The notes: generated from the letters alone by a model not told the origin. 64,000 nucleotides of DNA from an uncultured Nitrososphaerota archaeon (GCA_963718895.1 CAVRAG010000008.1:896001-960000), one strand, 5' to 3'; positions 39,171 to 49,905 are shown, numbered from the stretch's first letter. Numbers and translations: made by a program.

Positions 39171-40055
39171 ATGGAAGAGTTTTACAGTTTCGTCGGAAAG
39201 AGGCTCGCCGAAGGGAAGCGAGTCGTAGTAGCCACCGTCATCGAGGCGGAGGGGTCGGCCCCGCAGGGCGGCGGAGCAGCGATGGCGATTACCGAGGATG
39301 GCCCGATTGCTGGGACCGTGGGTGGGGGTTGCGTTGAAAGGTACATCGTCAAGTCCTCAAGAAAGGTCTTCGCAGACGGCAAGACAAGGATCGAGGAGTT
39401 CAACCTCGGGGACGACAGCTGGTCCGGGATCGGGATGTCCTGCGGCGGAAAGGTGAAGATGCTGATGCAACTAGTAGAACCGGTTGAGAGGCTCATTGTC
39501 TTCGGCTCCGGAGGAGTGGCGAGGAGCTGCTGCCAGATCGCGAAGATGATGGGCTACGACGTCATAGTGCTCGATCCCTTCGCAGACAAGGAGTTGTTCC
39601 CGGGCTGTGAGATCTACACACAGGGGATACTCCACAAGATCGAGGAGATACCGATAACACCGTTCGACAGTATACTCATGCTGACGGACCACCGCTACGA
39701 CTTCGAGGCACTCCAGAAGGTTCTGGGCTCCAAGGCGAGGTTCATCGGCATGATCGGCAGCAAGAACAGGGTCAACCAGACCTTCAAGCAACTCCTGGAG
39801 ACTGGGGTGCCTCTCGAGAAGCTCCTCACGGTTAACGCCCCCGTTGGGCTGGACATTGGAGCGGTCTCGCCTGCGGAGATTGCCGTCAGCATAATGGCGG
39901 AGGTGATACAGGCCCGGAAGGGCGGCTCCCTGAAGCATCTTCGCCTCACGGGGATTCTAGAAAAGCCTGAGAAGCTGCACGCCTCGAATGAACCTGCGAA
40001 GGAAGAGACGGAGGCCGCCATGGAAGTACCTCCGGCGGCGTCGAAGCCCGAGTAG
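39171..40055 (+). CDS. xdhC: XdhC/CoxI-family Moco chaperone (second paralog)
   Basis: GTVGGGCVE, GMSCGG, FIGMIGSK, APVGLDIGAVSPAEIAVSI. Confidence 0.9.
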   Translation: MEEFYSFVGKRLAEGKRVVVATVIEAEGSAPQGGGAAMAITEDGPIAGTVGGGCVERYIVKSSRKVFADGKTRIEEFNLGDDSWSGIGMSCGGKVKMLMQLVEPVERLIVFGSGGVARSCCQIAKMMGYDVIVLDPFADKELFPGCEIYTQGILHKIEEIPITPFDSILMLTDHRYDFEALQKVLGSKARFIGMIGSKNRVNQTFKQLLETGVPLEKLLTVNAPVGLDIGAVSPAEIAVSIMAEVIQARKGGSLKHLRLTGILEKPEKLHASNEPAKEETEAAMEVPPAASKPE

Positions 40056-40088
40056 ACGGTCCTTCGGCGGGTCTGAAGCCGAAGCTGG

Positions 40089-41270
40089 TCAATTCTCAAC
40101 CAGATGGGGCCCTGCCGCTCGCTCTCGCCTTCTCCGGTCCCGTCTCCTAACGAAAAAGAGGGCCAGCAGGAGCGAGACACCGATGATGATGAGAGCCACC
40201 AGGTAGGCGAGGGGCGCGTCCAAGCTCGGTGAAGAGGATGTCGATGCTGCGGGGGCGCTGAGTACGATCAAGCTGGTGACGTCATCCTCGGTGATGTAGA
40301 GGCTTCCCGTGACCGGGCTGAAGGCCATGGAGGTTATGCCCGCGAACGAGATTCCTTCCGGCTGGTCCCCCGTCGAGTTCAGGATAACCTCACCGCTCGC
40401 TCCGTCGACCTCGTAGAGACTGTTCACACCGGGGTCGCTGACGTAGACATCGGGCGAGGAGCCGGCCGCCAAGAGCTGCGGGGCGTCTCCCAGATGGAGC
40501 TCGCGGACAATCTGGAACGTCCTGTCGTCTATGACGACGAAGTTGGGTGACGAGGAGTTCGACCCCGGCCCGGTCACGAAGAGGAGGTGCGTGCTAGGGT
40601 CGACCGCGAAGCTCATCGGCGCGACGGGTATCGGGATCGATCGGATCGCCGTCAGGCTGTCGCTGCTCACGACCGTGACGGACCCGCTGTGGTAGTCAGA
40701 GGAGACGTTCCCGATGAAGGCCTCGTGGGCGCCGGGGTCGAAAGCTAGCGCCGACGTATCACCCATCGAGACGCGCGACTCAACCGTGCCTGCCGAGGCG
40801 TTGATGACCCAGAGAGAGTTGCTGGCCGTATCCGCCGCGAAGAGGAGGTTCTGGGACTCGTCGACCACCATTGCGTAGGGCGTCCCTGCCCCGTCGATCG
40901 TCGAGAGAACCGTGTTGCCGGAGCTGTCGATGACCGAGACGGAGGCGCGCTCGCCCTGCGACACGTAGACTAGACCTGTGACCGAGTCGACCGCGACGGC
41001 GTAGGGGGAGGGCGTCGCGACCCTCCCGAAGACGGTGAAGGTGAGCGGCGAGAGGGTCACGGTGGTCCCGTTCAGGAAGAGCACCGTGTAGATCACTCCC
41101 GAGTTGGAGTTCACCGCGACGCCCCGCGGGACAGTGCCTAGGCCGACCGAGGAGAGCGTCGCTGTCGCGTTGCCCGACACCTCGCCCTCGGCGGAGAGCA
41201 GCGCGACGGAGGCCACCAGCAGAAACAGGGCCATCGCAATGACCATCGGCGGTGCGTGGGGGCGTGGCAT
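40089..41270 (-). CDS. YncE/YVTN beta-propeller surface protein
   Basis: P.GVAV repeats; signal helix; C-terminal TM + Arg tail. Confidence 0.85.
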   Translation of the reverse strand: MPRPHAPPMVIAMALFLLVASVALLSAEGEVSGNATATLSSVGLGTVPRGVAVNSNSGVIYTVLFLNGTTVTLSPLTFTVFGRVATPSPYAVAVDSVTGLVYVSQGERASVSVIDSSGNTVLSTIDGAGTPYAMVVDESQNLLFAADTASNSLWVINASAGTVESRVSMGDTSALAFDPGAHEAFIGNVSSDYHSGSVTVVSSDSLTAIRSIPIPVAPMSFAVDPSTHLLFVTGPGSNSSSPNFVVIDDRTFQIVRELHLGDAPQLLAAGSSPDVYVSDPGVNSLYEVDGASGEVILNSTGDQPEGISFAGITSMAFSPVTGSLYITEDDVTSLIVLSAPAASTSSSPSLDAPLAYLVALIIIGVSLLLALFFVRRRDRRRRERAAGPHLVEN

Positions 41271-41549
41271 GATTTCACATCAGGGATGAACGCCGGCGCT
41301 ACCTCGGTCTGAAAGCCGTCGGGAGAATCCGACCTTCGACGCTCGAGCGTGGACCACACTTGCGGGACAAACTCGGCGAACGATTTGGCGGGGTGGGACA
41401 CGCGCCCGAAGGCCGATACGTCATTCCTTCCGGACTCAGCCGGGTCGGAAATATAAAGGGAAGGGATGAATGCTCCGCTTTTGTCCGGAAGAGCGACCCC
41501 CGACCCTGGAGTCATCCATCTCGATTATATTCTGCGGATGAGCATGAGG

Positions 41550-41870
41550 ATGGCGGGAAGACAATTGGACCTTCTCAAGAAATGCCCGAATTGCGGCAAG
41601 CACTTCTCGGTCGAGAAGAAGGGGAAGGAGCTCGTTGAGACCGAGCACCACATGGAACACATAGACCTCGACCTCGCGACCCGTACGTCGGGCTTGATGC
41701 ACGACAACAGCATCCAGCACCCTCCGCCCAACCCGATCTCCGAGGAGATACCGATCGAGACGGAGACTTTCGAGACCAGTTACGAGTGCTCGCACTGCCA
41801 CTACAGGTGGACCGAGAAGTCGGTCGACGTGGTCGAAGGGACGGCCGACACCAAGGGCTTCCGCGCCTAG
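41550..41870 (+). CDS. Zn-ribbon hypothetical protein
   Basis: CPNCG...YECSHCHYRW. Confidence 0.65.
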   Translation: MAGRQLDLLKKCPNCGKHFSVEKKGKELVETEHHMEHIDLDLATRTSGLMHDNSIQHPPPNPISEEIPIETETFETSYECSHCHYRWTEKSVDVVEGTADTKGFRA

Positions 41871-42050
41871 GGAAGAACTCCGCCCGACGGCGACTCACTC
41901 CGCGCTCGAACTCTCTTTCTCGAACACCAGTCCGAACCCATTCGGGACTCGGCCCCGCAGGATGGAACACGTTTGAGGGATGACGTCCCCCAACCTATTC
42001 GGGACACCCCGTAAATATCTCAGGTATTGCTGGGGGGTAAGCGAATTAGC

Positions 42051-43337
42051 TTGACAAACCAGCAATATGCGGAGATGTGGAAGGACCTCGGGCTGAATCT
42101 CGAGAAGCACGATGTGCTCCTCAGCGCCCTCGCCAAGGGGTACGGAGACCTCTTCATGACGCAGAAGAACCGGCCGGCCGGGATGGGCTACTTTGACTTC
42201 GTCATCTCGGAGGTGCACGGGCTCAGGATCAAGGAGTTGGTCGACCGCAAGAAGGCTGGTAAGAAGATTATCGGAGCGTTCTGCCTCTACGTCCCCGAGG
42301 AACTCGTCTACGCCGCTGACGCCACCATGGTGGGCCTCTGCGGAGGCGCCGACTTCTCGATACCCGACGCCGAGACTGTGCTGCCCAGGAACATCTGCCC
42401 GCTGGTCAAGTCCTTCTTCGGGTTCAAGGTCGGAGCGACCTGTCCCTACTTCAATTCATGCGACATGGTTGTCGGCGAAACGACCTGCGATGCGAAGAAG
42501 AAGGTCTACGAGGTCCTCGCAGACTACGCCCCCACCTACGTGATGGAAATCCCACACAAGGTGGACACGGAGCAGTCCAAGGCCCTCTGGCTTGCTGAGA
42601 TCAAGCTGTTCAAGCAGCAGATGGAGACGCTGACGGGCAACGTCATAGAGAAGGACTCCCTGAAGGAAGCCATCCGCCTGATCAACGAGAAAAAGAAGGC
42701 GATGAAGAGGGTGAGCGAGGCCCGCAAGGCCTCACCGACCCCGATCAGCGGTCTGGACGCCCTGCTGGTCAACCAGGTGAGCTTCTACGACGACGTCAAC
42801 AGGTTCACCCTGAAGACCAACGAGCTCGCAGACGAGCTGGAGGAACGGAACAGGAAGGGAGTGGGCGTCGGCGACCCGACCAAGCCGAGGCTGATGTTCT
42901 CTGGATGCCCCATGGCCATCCCGAACTGGAAGCTGCACTCGATCGTAGAGTCGACGGGATCGCCCGTAGTGGCCGAGGAGAGCTGCATCGGCTCACGGTA
43001 CTTCACCGACCCCGTCGTCCCCAAGGGTGACTCCATGGAGTCCCTCCTCGAGGCACTCTGGGAGAGATACCACAACATCTCCTGCGCGTGCTTCACGCCC
43101 AACAACGACAGGGTAGACAAAGTGGTCGAGATGGCCAAGGAGTTCAACGCCAGCGGGGTCGTCTACAACGTGCTCCAGTACTGCCACACCTACAACATAG
43201 AGGCCATCAAGGTCGACAAGGCCCTGAAGAAGGCGGGAGTGCCAATGCTGAAGGTCGAGACGGACTACGGGTCGGAGGACGTCGAGCAGATCAGGACGAG
43301 GGTCGAGGCCTTCACTGAGATGCTCAGCTCTGCGTAA
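42051..43337 (+). CDS. Double-cubane-cluster anaerobic reductase (2-hydroxyacyl-CoA dehydratase family)
   Basis: GAFC, GLCGG, NICPLVK, CPYF, ETTCDAKKK, SGCP, EESCIG, CACF, QYCH. Confidence 0.82.
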   Translation: MTNQQYAEMWKDLGLNLEKHDVLLSALAKGYGDLFMTQKNRPAGMGYFDFVISEVHGLRIKELVDRKKAGKKIIGAFCLYVPEELVYAADATMVGLCGGADFSIPDAETVLPRNICPLVKSFFGFKVGATCPYFNSCDMVVGETTCDAKKKVYEVLADYAPTYVMEIPHKVDTEQSKALWLAEIKLFKQQMETLTGNVIEKDSLKEAIRLINEKKKAMKRVSEARKASPTPISGLDALLVNQVSFYDDVNRFTLKTNELADELEERNRKGVGVGDPTKPRLMFSGCPMAIPNWKLHSIVESTGSPVVAEESCIGSRYFTDPVVPKGDSMESLLEALWERYHNISCACFTPNNDRVDKVVEMAKEFNASGVVYNVLQYCHTYNIEAIKVDKALKKAGVPMLKVETDYGSEDVEQIRTRVEAFTEMLSSA

Positions 43338-43355
43338 GCACAGGGGTGAGCCCGA

Positions 43356-44288
43356 TTGGCCGTCGCGGGAGTGGACATAGGCGCGGTGGCGACGAAGGTC
43401 GCCGTTCTCGCCGACGGGAAGGTGCTGGCCTTCCAGATACTCCCGTCCGGCTATGACGGAAACGGGGCCGCACGACGGGCCCTTAGGCTGGCGCTCGAAG
43501 GGGCCCGTCTGGCCCGAGGGGACATCGACTTCATCGTCTCCACCGGGTACGGGAGAAAGGTCTTCAGCGAGGCCAACAAGAGCGTCACAGAGATAACCGC
43601 CCACGCCGAAGGGGCGAAGGCAGTCTGCCTCTCTGCCAGGACCATCCTGGACATAGGCGGGCAGGATAGCAAGGCGATCAGCCTGACCGACGACGGTCAG
43701 GTGGCGAACTTCGTCATGAACGACAGGTGCGCGGCCGGCACGGGCAGGTTCATCGAGGTCATGGCTAGGGTCCTGCACGTCAGGGTCGCCAAGATGGGGG
43801 AGCTTGCGCTCAAGAGCTCCAACCCGGCGAGGATAAACAGCATGTGCACCGTGTTCTCGGAGTCTGAGGTGATATCTCTCCTCACGAACGGAAGGAGCAG
43901 GGAGGACGTTGCCGCGGGACTGTGTGAGTCCATTGCGAGAAGGGTCTGCACGATGGTGAGGTACGTCGGCGTCAAGGAGGGGGTCGTGTTCAGCGGCGGA
44001 GTGGCGAAGAACGTCGGTATGGTCGCCGCCCTCGAGAAGGAACTCAAGACCAAGCTGCTGATCCCACCCGAGCCGCAGTTGATCGGAGCCTTGGGCGCCG
44101 CGTCGATCGCCCGGAAGTCCCTGGACAAAGAGGCGAATGCTGCCGTGCCGCTTCAGGTCGAAGAGGGTGGCGCCTGCGCCTTGACGGCCGGGGTTGCCGA
44201 TCCCATGTCCCAAGGCATCATTGCGCCCGGCATCGCCGCCGTAACTCATCGTCTCGGCGAATCATCTGGCCGAGAGATTCCAATCTAG
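43356..44288 (+). CDS. ASKHA-type activator ATPase (HgdC/BadF family)
   Basis: GVDIG, STGYGR, DIGGQDSK, MNDRCAAGTGRF, SMCTVF.ESEV. Confidence 0.92.
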   Translation: MAVAGVDIGAVATKVAVLADGKVLAFQILPSGYDGNGAARRALRLALEGARLARGDIDFIVSTGYGRKVFSEANKSVTEITAHAEGAKAVCLSARTILDIGGQDSKAISLTDDGQVANFVMNDRCAAGTGRFIEVMARVLHVRVAKMGELALKSSNPARINSMCTVFSESEVISLLTNGRSREDVAAGLCESIARRVCTMVRYVGVKEGVVFSGGVAKNVGMVAALEKELKTKLLIPPEPQLIGALGAASIARKSLDKEANAAVPLQVEEGGACALTAGVADPMSQGIIAPGIAAVTHRLGESSGREIPI

Positions 44289-44304
44289 TGGGATGGAGAG
44301 TCTC

Positions 44305-45186
44305 TCAGCCGTCGAACTTGTTTGTGGGCAGTCCCCTGACTCCAGGCTTCACCACGAATAGAGCGCCGCTGAGAGGCTTGGCGGCGAGGGCCTCGGCGTC
44401 CAGCCTCTTCCTCGCAGTCGTGATGTACAGGTCGTCGAGATTTTTCCCACCGAAGCAACACGAGGCGACCTGGTCGGCGGGCACGGCCATCGTCTCAAGG
44501 AGCCTGCCGGTCGAGGGGTTCCATCTGGTCAGTCTCGCTCCACCCCAGTGAGCCACCCACATCATGCCCTCAGAGTCCACCGACATTCCGTCCGGATTTC
44601 CCGGCTGCTGGCTGACCGAGAAATCCACTATCGTCCGCCTGTTCCCAACACTGCCCGTCTTCAGGTCGTAGTCCAGGGCCGAGACCTTCCTGGTCGGGCT
44701 GTCGATGTAGTACATCGTAGCGTTGTCCGGACTCCACCCGAGCCCGTTTGAGATCGTCACATCCGCCAAGACCTTCTTCGGTGTCCGCCCGTTCTCCAAG
44801 ACGTAGAGGGCTCCGCTGGGGGTCTTCTGCAGTTTGTCCATCGTCCCGGCCCAGAACCTCCCCGCCGCGTCGCACTTGCCGTCGTTGAACCTGTTTGTCT
44901 CGACATCGGCTTCCACCGGTCTCGTCAGCGGCGAGAGCTTCCTGCTCTGTATGTCCAGCCCGTAGAAACCGTGCTGGGAGGTCACTGCGAGCCCGCCGCT
45001 CCTCCTCGGGACGACGGAGCTGACGTCCTTCACCCTTTGAACTACCTCGTCCTCCGGATCGTTTGGCTTGTGGGCATAGACGATTCCGCCGCCTATGTCA
45101 ACCCAGTAGAGGACTCCTCTCTTCTCGTCCCAGCTGGGCCCCTCTCCTATCTCCGCTCTTGGGTTGGACGCTACCTCCGGTTTCAC
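44305..45186 (-). CDS. SMP-30/gluconolactonase family protein
   Basis: GEGPSW, RFNDGKCD, SNGLGWSPD, PDGMSVD. Confidence 0.92.
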   Translation of the reverse strand: MKPEVASNPRAEIGEGPSWDEKRGVLYWVDIGGGIVYAHKPNDPEDEVVQRVKDVSSVVPRRSGGLAVTSQHGFYGLDIQSRKLSPLTRPVEADVETNRFNDGKCDAAGRFWAGTMDKLQKTPSGALYVLENGRTPKKVLADVTISNGLGWSPDNATMYYIDSPTRKVSALDYDLKTGSVGNRRTIVDFSVSQQPGNPDGMSVDSEGMMWVAHWGGARLTRWNPSTGRLLETMAVPADQVASCCFGGKNLDDLYITTARKRLDAEALAAKPLSGALFVVKPGVRGLPTNKFDG

Positions 45187-45264
45187 GGTCGATCGTCGGG
45201 TCGGCTCATCTTCGTAATAACTGTGACCTCCCGAAAAAGGAGAGTGGAGCACCCAAGCGGGTGC

Positions 45265-46081
45265 TCAGCTGATCGCGTAGACGGATTGGACGGAGCGCGG
45301 AGACGGTGAGCGACTGGGGCGCGACAATCGGCGTCGCGCTCGAGCCTGAGGCGACGGCGTACTGCATGGATGGGGAGGGCGTGTAGGACGGGCTCGTGGA
45401 GACAGAGACGACGCCTGTGATGGTCACGCCGAGCGCGGTCGCGATTGCCTTGGCCTGGCTCGCACCGTTCTGGACCGCCAGCTGGAGAGCCTGCTGGTTT
45501 GCCTGTTGGACCGCTGCGTTCGAGGCGGTGAACTGTACTCCGTAGACTTCGTTGGCTCCCTGTCCGACGGCTGCGTCGATGGCCGAACCCACCTTGGTAC
45601 CCAGCTGGACCTGCGCCTGGCTGGCGGTCGTGGCCGCCGATATCGTGACTTGGATCTGGCTGTCAACCTGGTAGCCCGTGATCGAAGGCTTCTCGTTTTG
45701 GTAGTAGTTGGTCTGGGGGTTGATGCTGTACGAGACCGTCTGGATGCTGCTGCTGTTTATCCCGAGGTTCTCGAGCGCTGTTATCACGTTGGCCATGATG
45801 TTCGCGTTCTGCTGGGCCGCGGTCTGGGCCGACGGGTCCTGGGTGTTCACCCCGATGGTGAGGATGGCCGTGGTCGGTTGGATCTCAACCTGACCTACGC
45901 CCGTGACGGTCACCGTGCCGTTGGTGGGAGGGTCGGTGGTACCGCCGGCCTTGGGGATCCCGGCCGTGCTGAGGGCCCCGCCGGTCGTCAGGGTGTACGC
46001 CTGGAGGGATAAGAGAGCGAGCGCCAGAACGGCGCCCACCGCGATGAGCTTCTGCGTCCGTGAGCTTACTGCTGTTTGCAT
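45265..46081 (-). CDS. SIMPL (DUF541) protein; frameshift near 3' end
   Basis: VTVTGVGQV.I.P, IDAAV..GAN; true end VQSVYAIS* lies in a shifted frame. Confidence 0.85.
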
Positions 46082-46234
46082 GTTTCGTCGCATGTGCTAT
46101 GCGCCGCAGGGGGGATAATCCTGAGTGCACGAACAGCTGTTCTAATGGCTGGTCGGACAAAAGTATTAATCATGACGGGGTCGAAAACGACCCGAGGCAG
46201 GCTTATTAGACGTCGCCGGCTAGGACGTTCAGCC

Positions 46235-47300
46235 GTGAAACCGTCGTCTGCTAGATACAGAGTCCCGGTCAAGATAAACAGGAACTCGCCAACACCAGCG
46301 CTCGAGACGTTCACCGATTATTTCCAGGGGTTCGAACGGGTCGGGGCCGTACGGTCGGTCTTCGGGGACAGGACGGAGGAGGTGCTCGGGGGGCTGCGGA
46401 TAGGGTTCATGCCCAACAGGAGGATGTACATGGGAATCAGGGACAACGACGGGAACATCGCGGTCGGGACCTACCACCTCAAGAACAGCCCGACGAGGAC
46501 GCTCTACCTTGACGTCGTCCACGAGCTCTTCCACATCAACCAGAGGATGACCGACGAGAGGTACTTCCACGACGAGTTCATGAAGTTCATGGGTGACAGG
46601 TCGCTCTACTACGCCAGCCCCATCGAGATCCCCGCCTACGAGCACACGGTGAGGGAGGCCGAGAGGATCGGGATGACGCCGGACGAGATAACGGAGTACC
46701 TCAAGATGGGCGAGGCGCCCCCTAAGGTCTGGAAGAGCTTCCTGAGAGAAGATGAACCTGAAGAAGGAGACGCCGAAGCCCGCAAAGCGGATCACGAGGT
46801 TCCCCGTCAAGATCAAGCGGGACGCTCCCTCCAGGCTCCATGCGTTCTCCGAGTACTTCCTGGGCTTCGAGAGGGTCGGCGCCGTGAGAGACCTCTTTGG
46901 AGAGGCGACGGAGCGGGTGCTCCGCGACTTGAAGGTCGAGTTCATCGACAGTCCCTTCCCGACGATATACCCGAACGAGGACGACGGCCACCTGATCGTG
47001 GCGAGCGAGTACTTCCGGAAGGCCCCCGTCAGCTCATTGTACCTGGACGCCTTCGTCTGCCTCAATCTCATGAAGGCCTTATCCACGGGCGGGGAATCCG
47101 CGGACCCCGCTGTCGAGTTCGGCGACAATCCTGCCGTCTTCCAGGCGTACGGGGCCATGGTAAAGGAAGCGAGGAGGTTGGGTGTGGCCGACGCGAAAAT
47201 CCTAGGGCACCTTCAACTGATGCGGTTCATGATGTCTCCGCCTGAATTCAAGCGATTCCTCAGGGGCGTCGGACTGAAAGGGTCTGAAATTAACAACTGA
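46235..47300 (+). CDS. Tandem-domain zincin-like protein (frameshift ~46750)
   Basis: HELFH...EIPAY in domain 1; domain 2 repeats F.EYF.GFERVGAVR..FG without HExxH. Confidence 0.65.
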
Positions 47301-47356
47301 GGGTCAAACGCGAATCGCGCCTCTTATTACTGCTCGCCACCAAAACCGGTCCGCCG

Positions 47357-47773
47357 ATGTCAAAACAGAACAAGGGCAAGGGCACCAAGGAGCAGCCTTG
47401 GCTGCTGAAGACCCCTCCCGGAACATCAGAGTTCGAGGCTTACAGGGACGAAAGCTCGACCCCCGCGAGTCTCGTGGTGCAGGTCGGAAAGACCCAGCTG
47501 AAGTACGACCTGCGCTGCCTGGACGACCTCCATGCGATGCTGAAGAAGCACGGTGACTGGATGGAGCTCGGCAGCGCCGACGAGCAGAAGCCGGCCAAGG
47601 ATGGCACTGTCGAGGCCTGGGGACGCTCGGCAAAGAACCCTGTCGGAGGGTGGTACGGCCTGAAGAAGGGGTTGAGGGGAAGGTTCGGCATGTATGTCCC
47701 TCCGGTCATGGAGGTGCTCGGGACCGCCGAGGTCGAGCACAACCCGAAGGGCAACCGCATGCGCGCTCTCTGA
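47357..47773 (+). CDS. Conserved hypothetical protein (DUF6855-like)
   Basis: PWLLKTPPG, LGSADEQK, GGWYGLKKG.RGRF. Confidence 0.75.
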   Translation: MSKQNKGKGTKEQPWLLKTPPGTSEFEAYRDESSTPASLVVQVGKTQLKYDLRCLDDLHAMLKKHGDWMELGSADEQKPAKDGTVEAWGRSAKNPVGGWYGLKKGLRGRFGMYVPPVMEVLGTAEVEHNPKGNRMRAL

Positions 47774-47878
47774 CCAGGTTCAGACCGGCGGGCGTCTTCC
47801 CGGGCTCGGCGGAGGCGGACGAGACCTCGGAGACCCCAATCGTTAAGATGAGCGTGCCATCGGGGCCATCGTAGGAAA

Positions 47879-48781
47879 TTGGTGGTGGGCTGGACCACGC
47901 GGTCGAGGACGATCTTCGTCGCGGCAGTCTTGTGTCTGCTCGCGCTGAACCTCGTGGTGCTGGCGGCCGCGTATCCGGAGACAATGACCATAGACTCTGG
48001 ATGCTGTTCGAACCGATTGCTCCAGAAGGACTTCTCGGCGTTCTACACGGCCGCCTGGAGGCTCCTCTACGACCCTTCTCACGTCTACACCCCCGGAAAC
48101 GTGAGCGATGGCGGACTTCAGACCACCCCGCCGCCGGAGTCTTACAAGTACCTGCCGTCGTTCTTGCTGATGGTGCTGCCCTTCGCCGTCCTGCCATACC
48201 AGCAGGCGCTGACGGCATTCGATGTCCTCCAGTTCCTGCTTCTGCCGCTTGTGGCCCTACTCGTCTACGAGCTCACTAAGGAGAAGGGGGCAGCCGCGGC
48301 CGTCGTAGTAGCCGTCATAGCGCTCTTGCTGCCGTCTCCGAGCACTCACTGGAGCCTCTCGGCCGCGTACTACTGGCAGTGGGCCGAGGGGCAGTCGAAG
48401 GTCCTGGAGACCTTCCTGCTGCTCCTTTCGCTCCACCTCGGCAAGACGAAGAAGCCGGTCCTCTCGGGGGTTGTCCTCGCTCTCTCTGCGTTCGATCCGA
48501 GGTTCGCGCTCCTCGCGCTCCCGCTCTTCTTCATGTACAACAGACCCAGCCTCAGAGCCGCATTCGGGGCTGGGGCACTAGCGCTGCTCGTGACCAACGC
48601 CGTCCTATTCATCCCCGGGGTGGGGAGCGGCTTCCTTGTCATGCTCTCGACGAGCGGGCTCACCACTCCGCTCTACTGGTACGCGCTCATACCCCTCTTC
48701 ACGGTGGTCTCGCTGACGCTGCTGAACCTGCGAGCCATCGCGGGCTCGCTCAAAGCGCATATTAGGGACGATGCAGAATAG
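47879..48781 (+). CDS. GT-C (GT87-like) membrane glycosyltransferase
   Basis: DFSAFYTAA, YKYLP, EGQ; multi-TM. Confidence 0.75.
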   Translation: MVVGWTTRSRTIFVAAVLCLLALNLVVLAAAYPETMTIDSGCCSNRLLQKDFSAFYTAAWRLLYDPSHVYTPGNVSDGGLQTTPPPESYKYLPSFLLMVLPFAVLPYQQALTAFDVLQFLLLPLVALLVYELTKEKGAAAAVVVAVIALLLPSPSTHWSLSAAYYWQWAEGQSKVLETFLLLLSLHLGKTKKPVLSGVVLALSAFDPRFALLALPLFFMYNRPSLRAAFGAGALALLVTNAVLFIPGVGSGFLVMLSTSGLTTPLYWYALIPLFTVVSLTLLNLRAIAGSLKAHIRDDAE

Positions 48782-49289
48782 GTCGCGTTTGATACTGAAT
48801 ACGGTGGTCCTCTGGGTCCACATATTCGGCGCGATAGGCTGGCTTGGTGCGGGCATGGTGTTTGCGATAGTCATCGGTCCGTCGCTCTCGAAGACGTCTC
48901 CACAGGCAAGAATGGAGTTCTTTGCGCAGGTCATGCCCAAGTACATCGCGTACGTCAGAGTCTTCTCGATCGTGGCGGTGCTCTTCGGGGTCGCCATGGT
49001 CCTAGTGATAGCCGACGGCGACTATTCCATCATGTCGCCTTCGACCACGTTCGGCCTGTTCATCTCGGCGGGCGCACTCCTCGCGCTCGTTGCCATCGGG
49101 TTGGCCATGAGCGTGATTCTGCCTACCGCGACCAAGATAAGCAGGATTTCTCAGAAGCTGCTGGAAAGCCCGGGTCAGCCACCTCCGGAGATGGCAGCCC
49201 TATCCAAGAGACTCAGGGGGAGCTCGACCGCGGCTCTCGTGATACTGATACTGGTCACGATCTGCATGGTCGCAGCCGCTACCCTCTAG
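48771..49289 (+). CDS. 4-TM membrane protein (CopD/DUF2269-like)
   Basis: WVHIFGAIGWLG. Confidence 0.65.
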   Translation: MQNRSRLILNTVVLWVHIFGAIGWLGAGMVFAIVIGPSLSKTSPQARMEFFAQVMPKYIAYVRVFSIVAVLFGVAMVLVIADGDYSIMSPSTTFGLFISAGALLALVAIGLAMSVILPTATKISRISQKLLESPGQPPPEMAALSKRLRGSSTAALVILILVTICMVAAATL

Positions 49290-49314
49290 GGACCTCTAGA
49301 CCAAAGAGCGTGAG

Positions 49315-49905
49315 TCAGGTCGGAGGCAACTTCGCAGCTCTAGCTTCTGACGCCGGTTCCTCTTTCCGTCCTCTGCGGAAGAGGCTGCTGATGACGTTGC
49401 TGTGGTGCGCGTATTCGTGGTTGATGTACTCCATGAGGAGGTAGTAGCTTGTCTCGAACTGCTCCATGTTGTCGTTCTTGAACTTGAAGAACGGGAGGGT
49501 GTGGGCCGGCTCCTGCCAGACCGCCTCGAAGGCCCTCAGAGGACCGAGCTTGCCGCCCTTCCGGGCCCTCTCCTGGAGGATCTTCTTGTCGACGTCCATC
49601 ACGATGGCCAGGTGCCTGCTGCGGTTGTTCCCGCTGAGGAAGTACTCCCTTGTGATGTGTCTCGGGGCCGTGGAGTCTATGATCACCGAGTGGCCGTACG
49701 AGAGAGCGAGGTCGCGGAGGCTGCTCAGTGCCTTGTAGACGAGGTCCTCGTCGTGCTGCGGGGCGAGGTCGTTGAAGAGCATCAGGCGCACCTCGTCGGG
49801 ATTGATCCGGACAGAGTCCCTCACGCTCTGTAGGAGTCTCCTCGCTAGGAAGCTCTTCCCGGAAGTGGGAGGGCCGATAACCAGTATGGTCCAGATCGGT
49901 GCCAT
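49315..49905 (-). CDS. P-loop kinase (AAA_33-like)
   Basis: GPPTSGKS, DEVR, VIIDST. Confidence 0.8.
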   Translation of the reverse strand: MAPIWTILVIGPPTSGKSFLARRLLQSVRDSVRINPDEVRLMLFNDLAPQHDEDLVYKALSSLRDLALSYGHSVIIDSTAPRHITREYFLSGNNRSRHLAIVMDVDKKILQERARKGGKLGPLRAFEAVWQEPAHTLPFFKFKNDNMEQFETSYYLLMEYINHEYAHHSNVISSLFRRGRKEEPASEARAAKLPPT

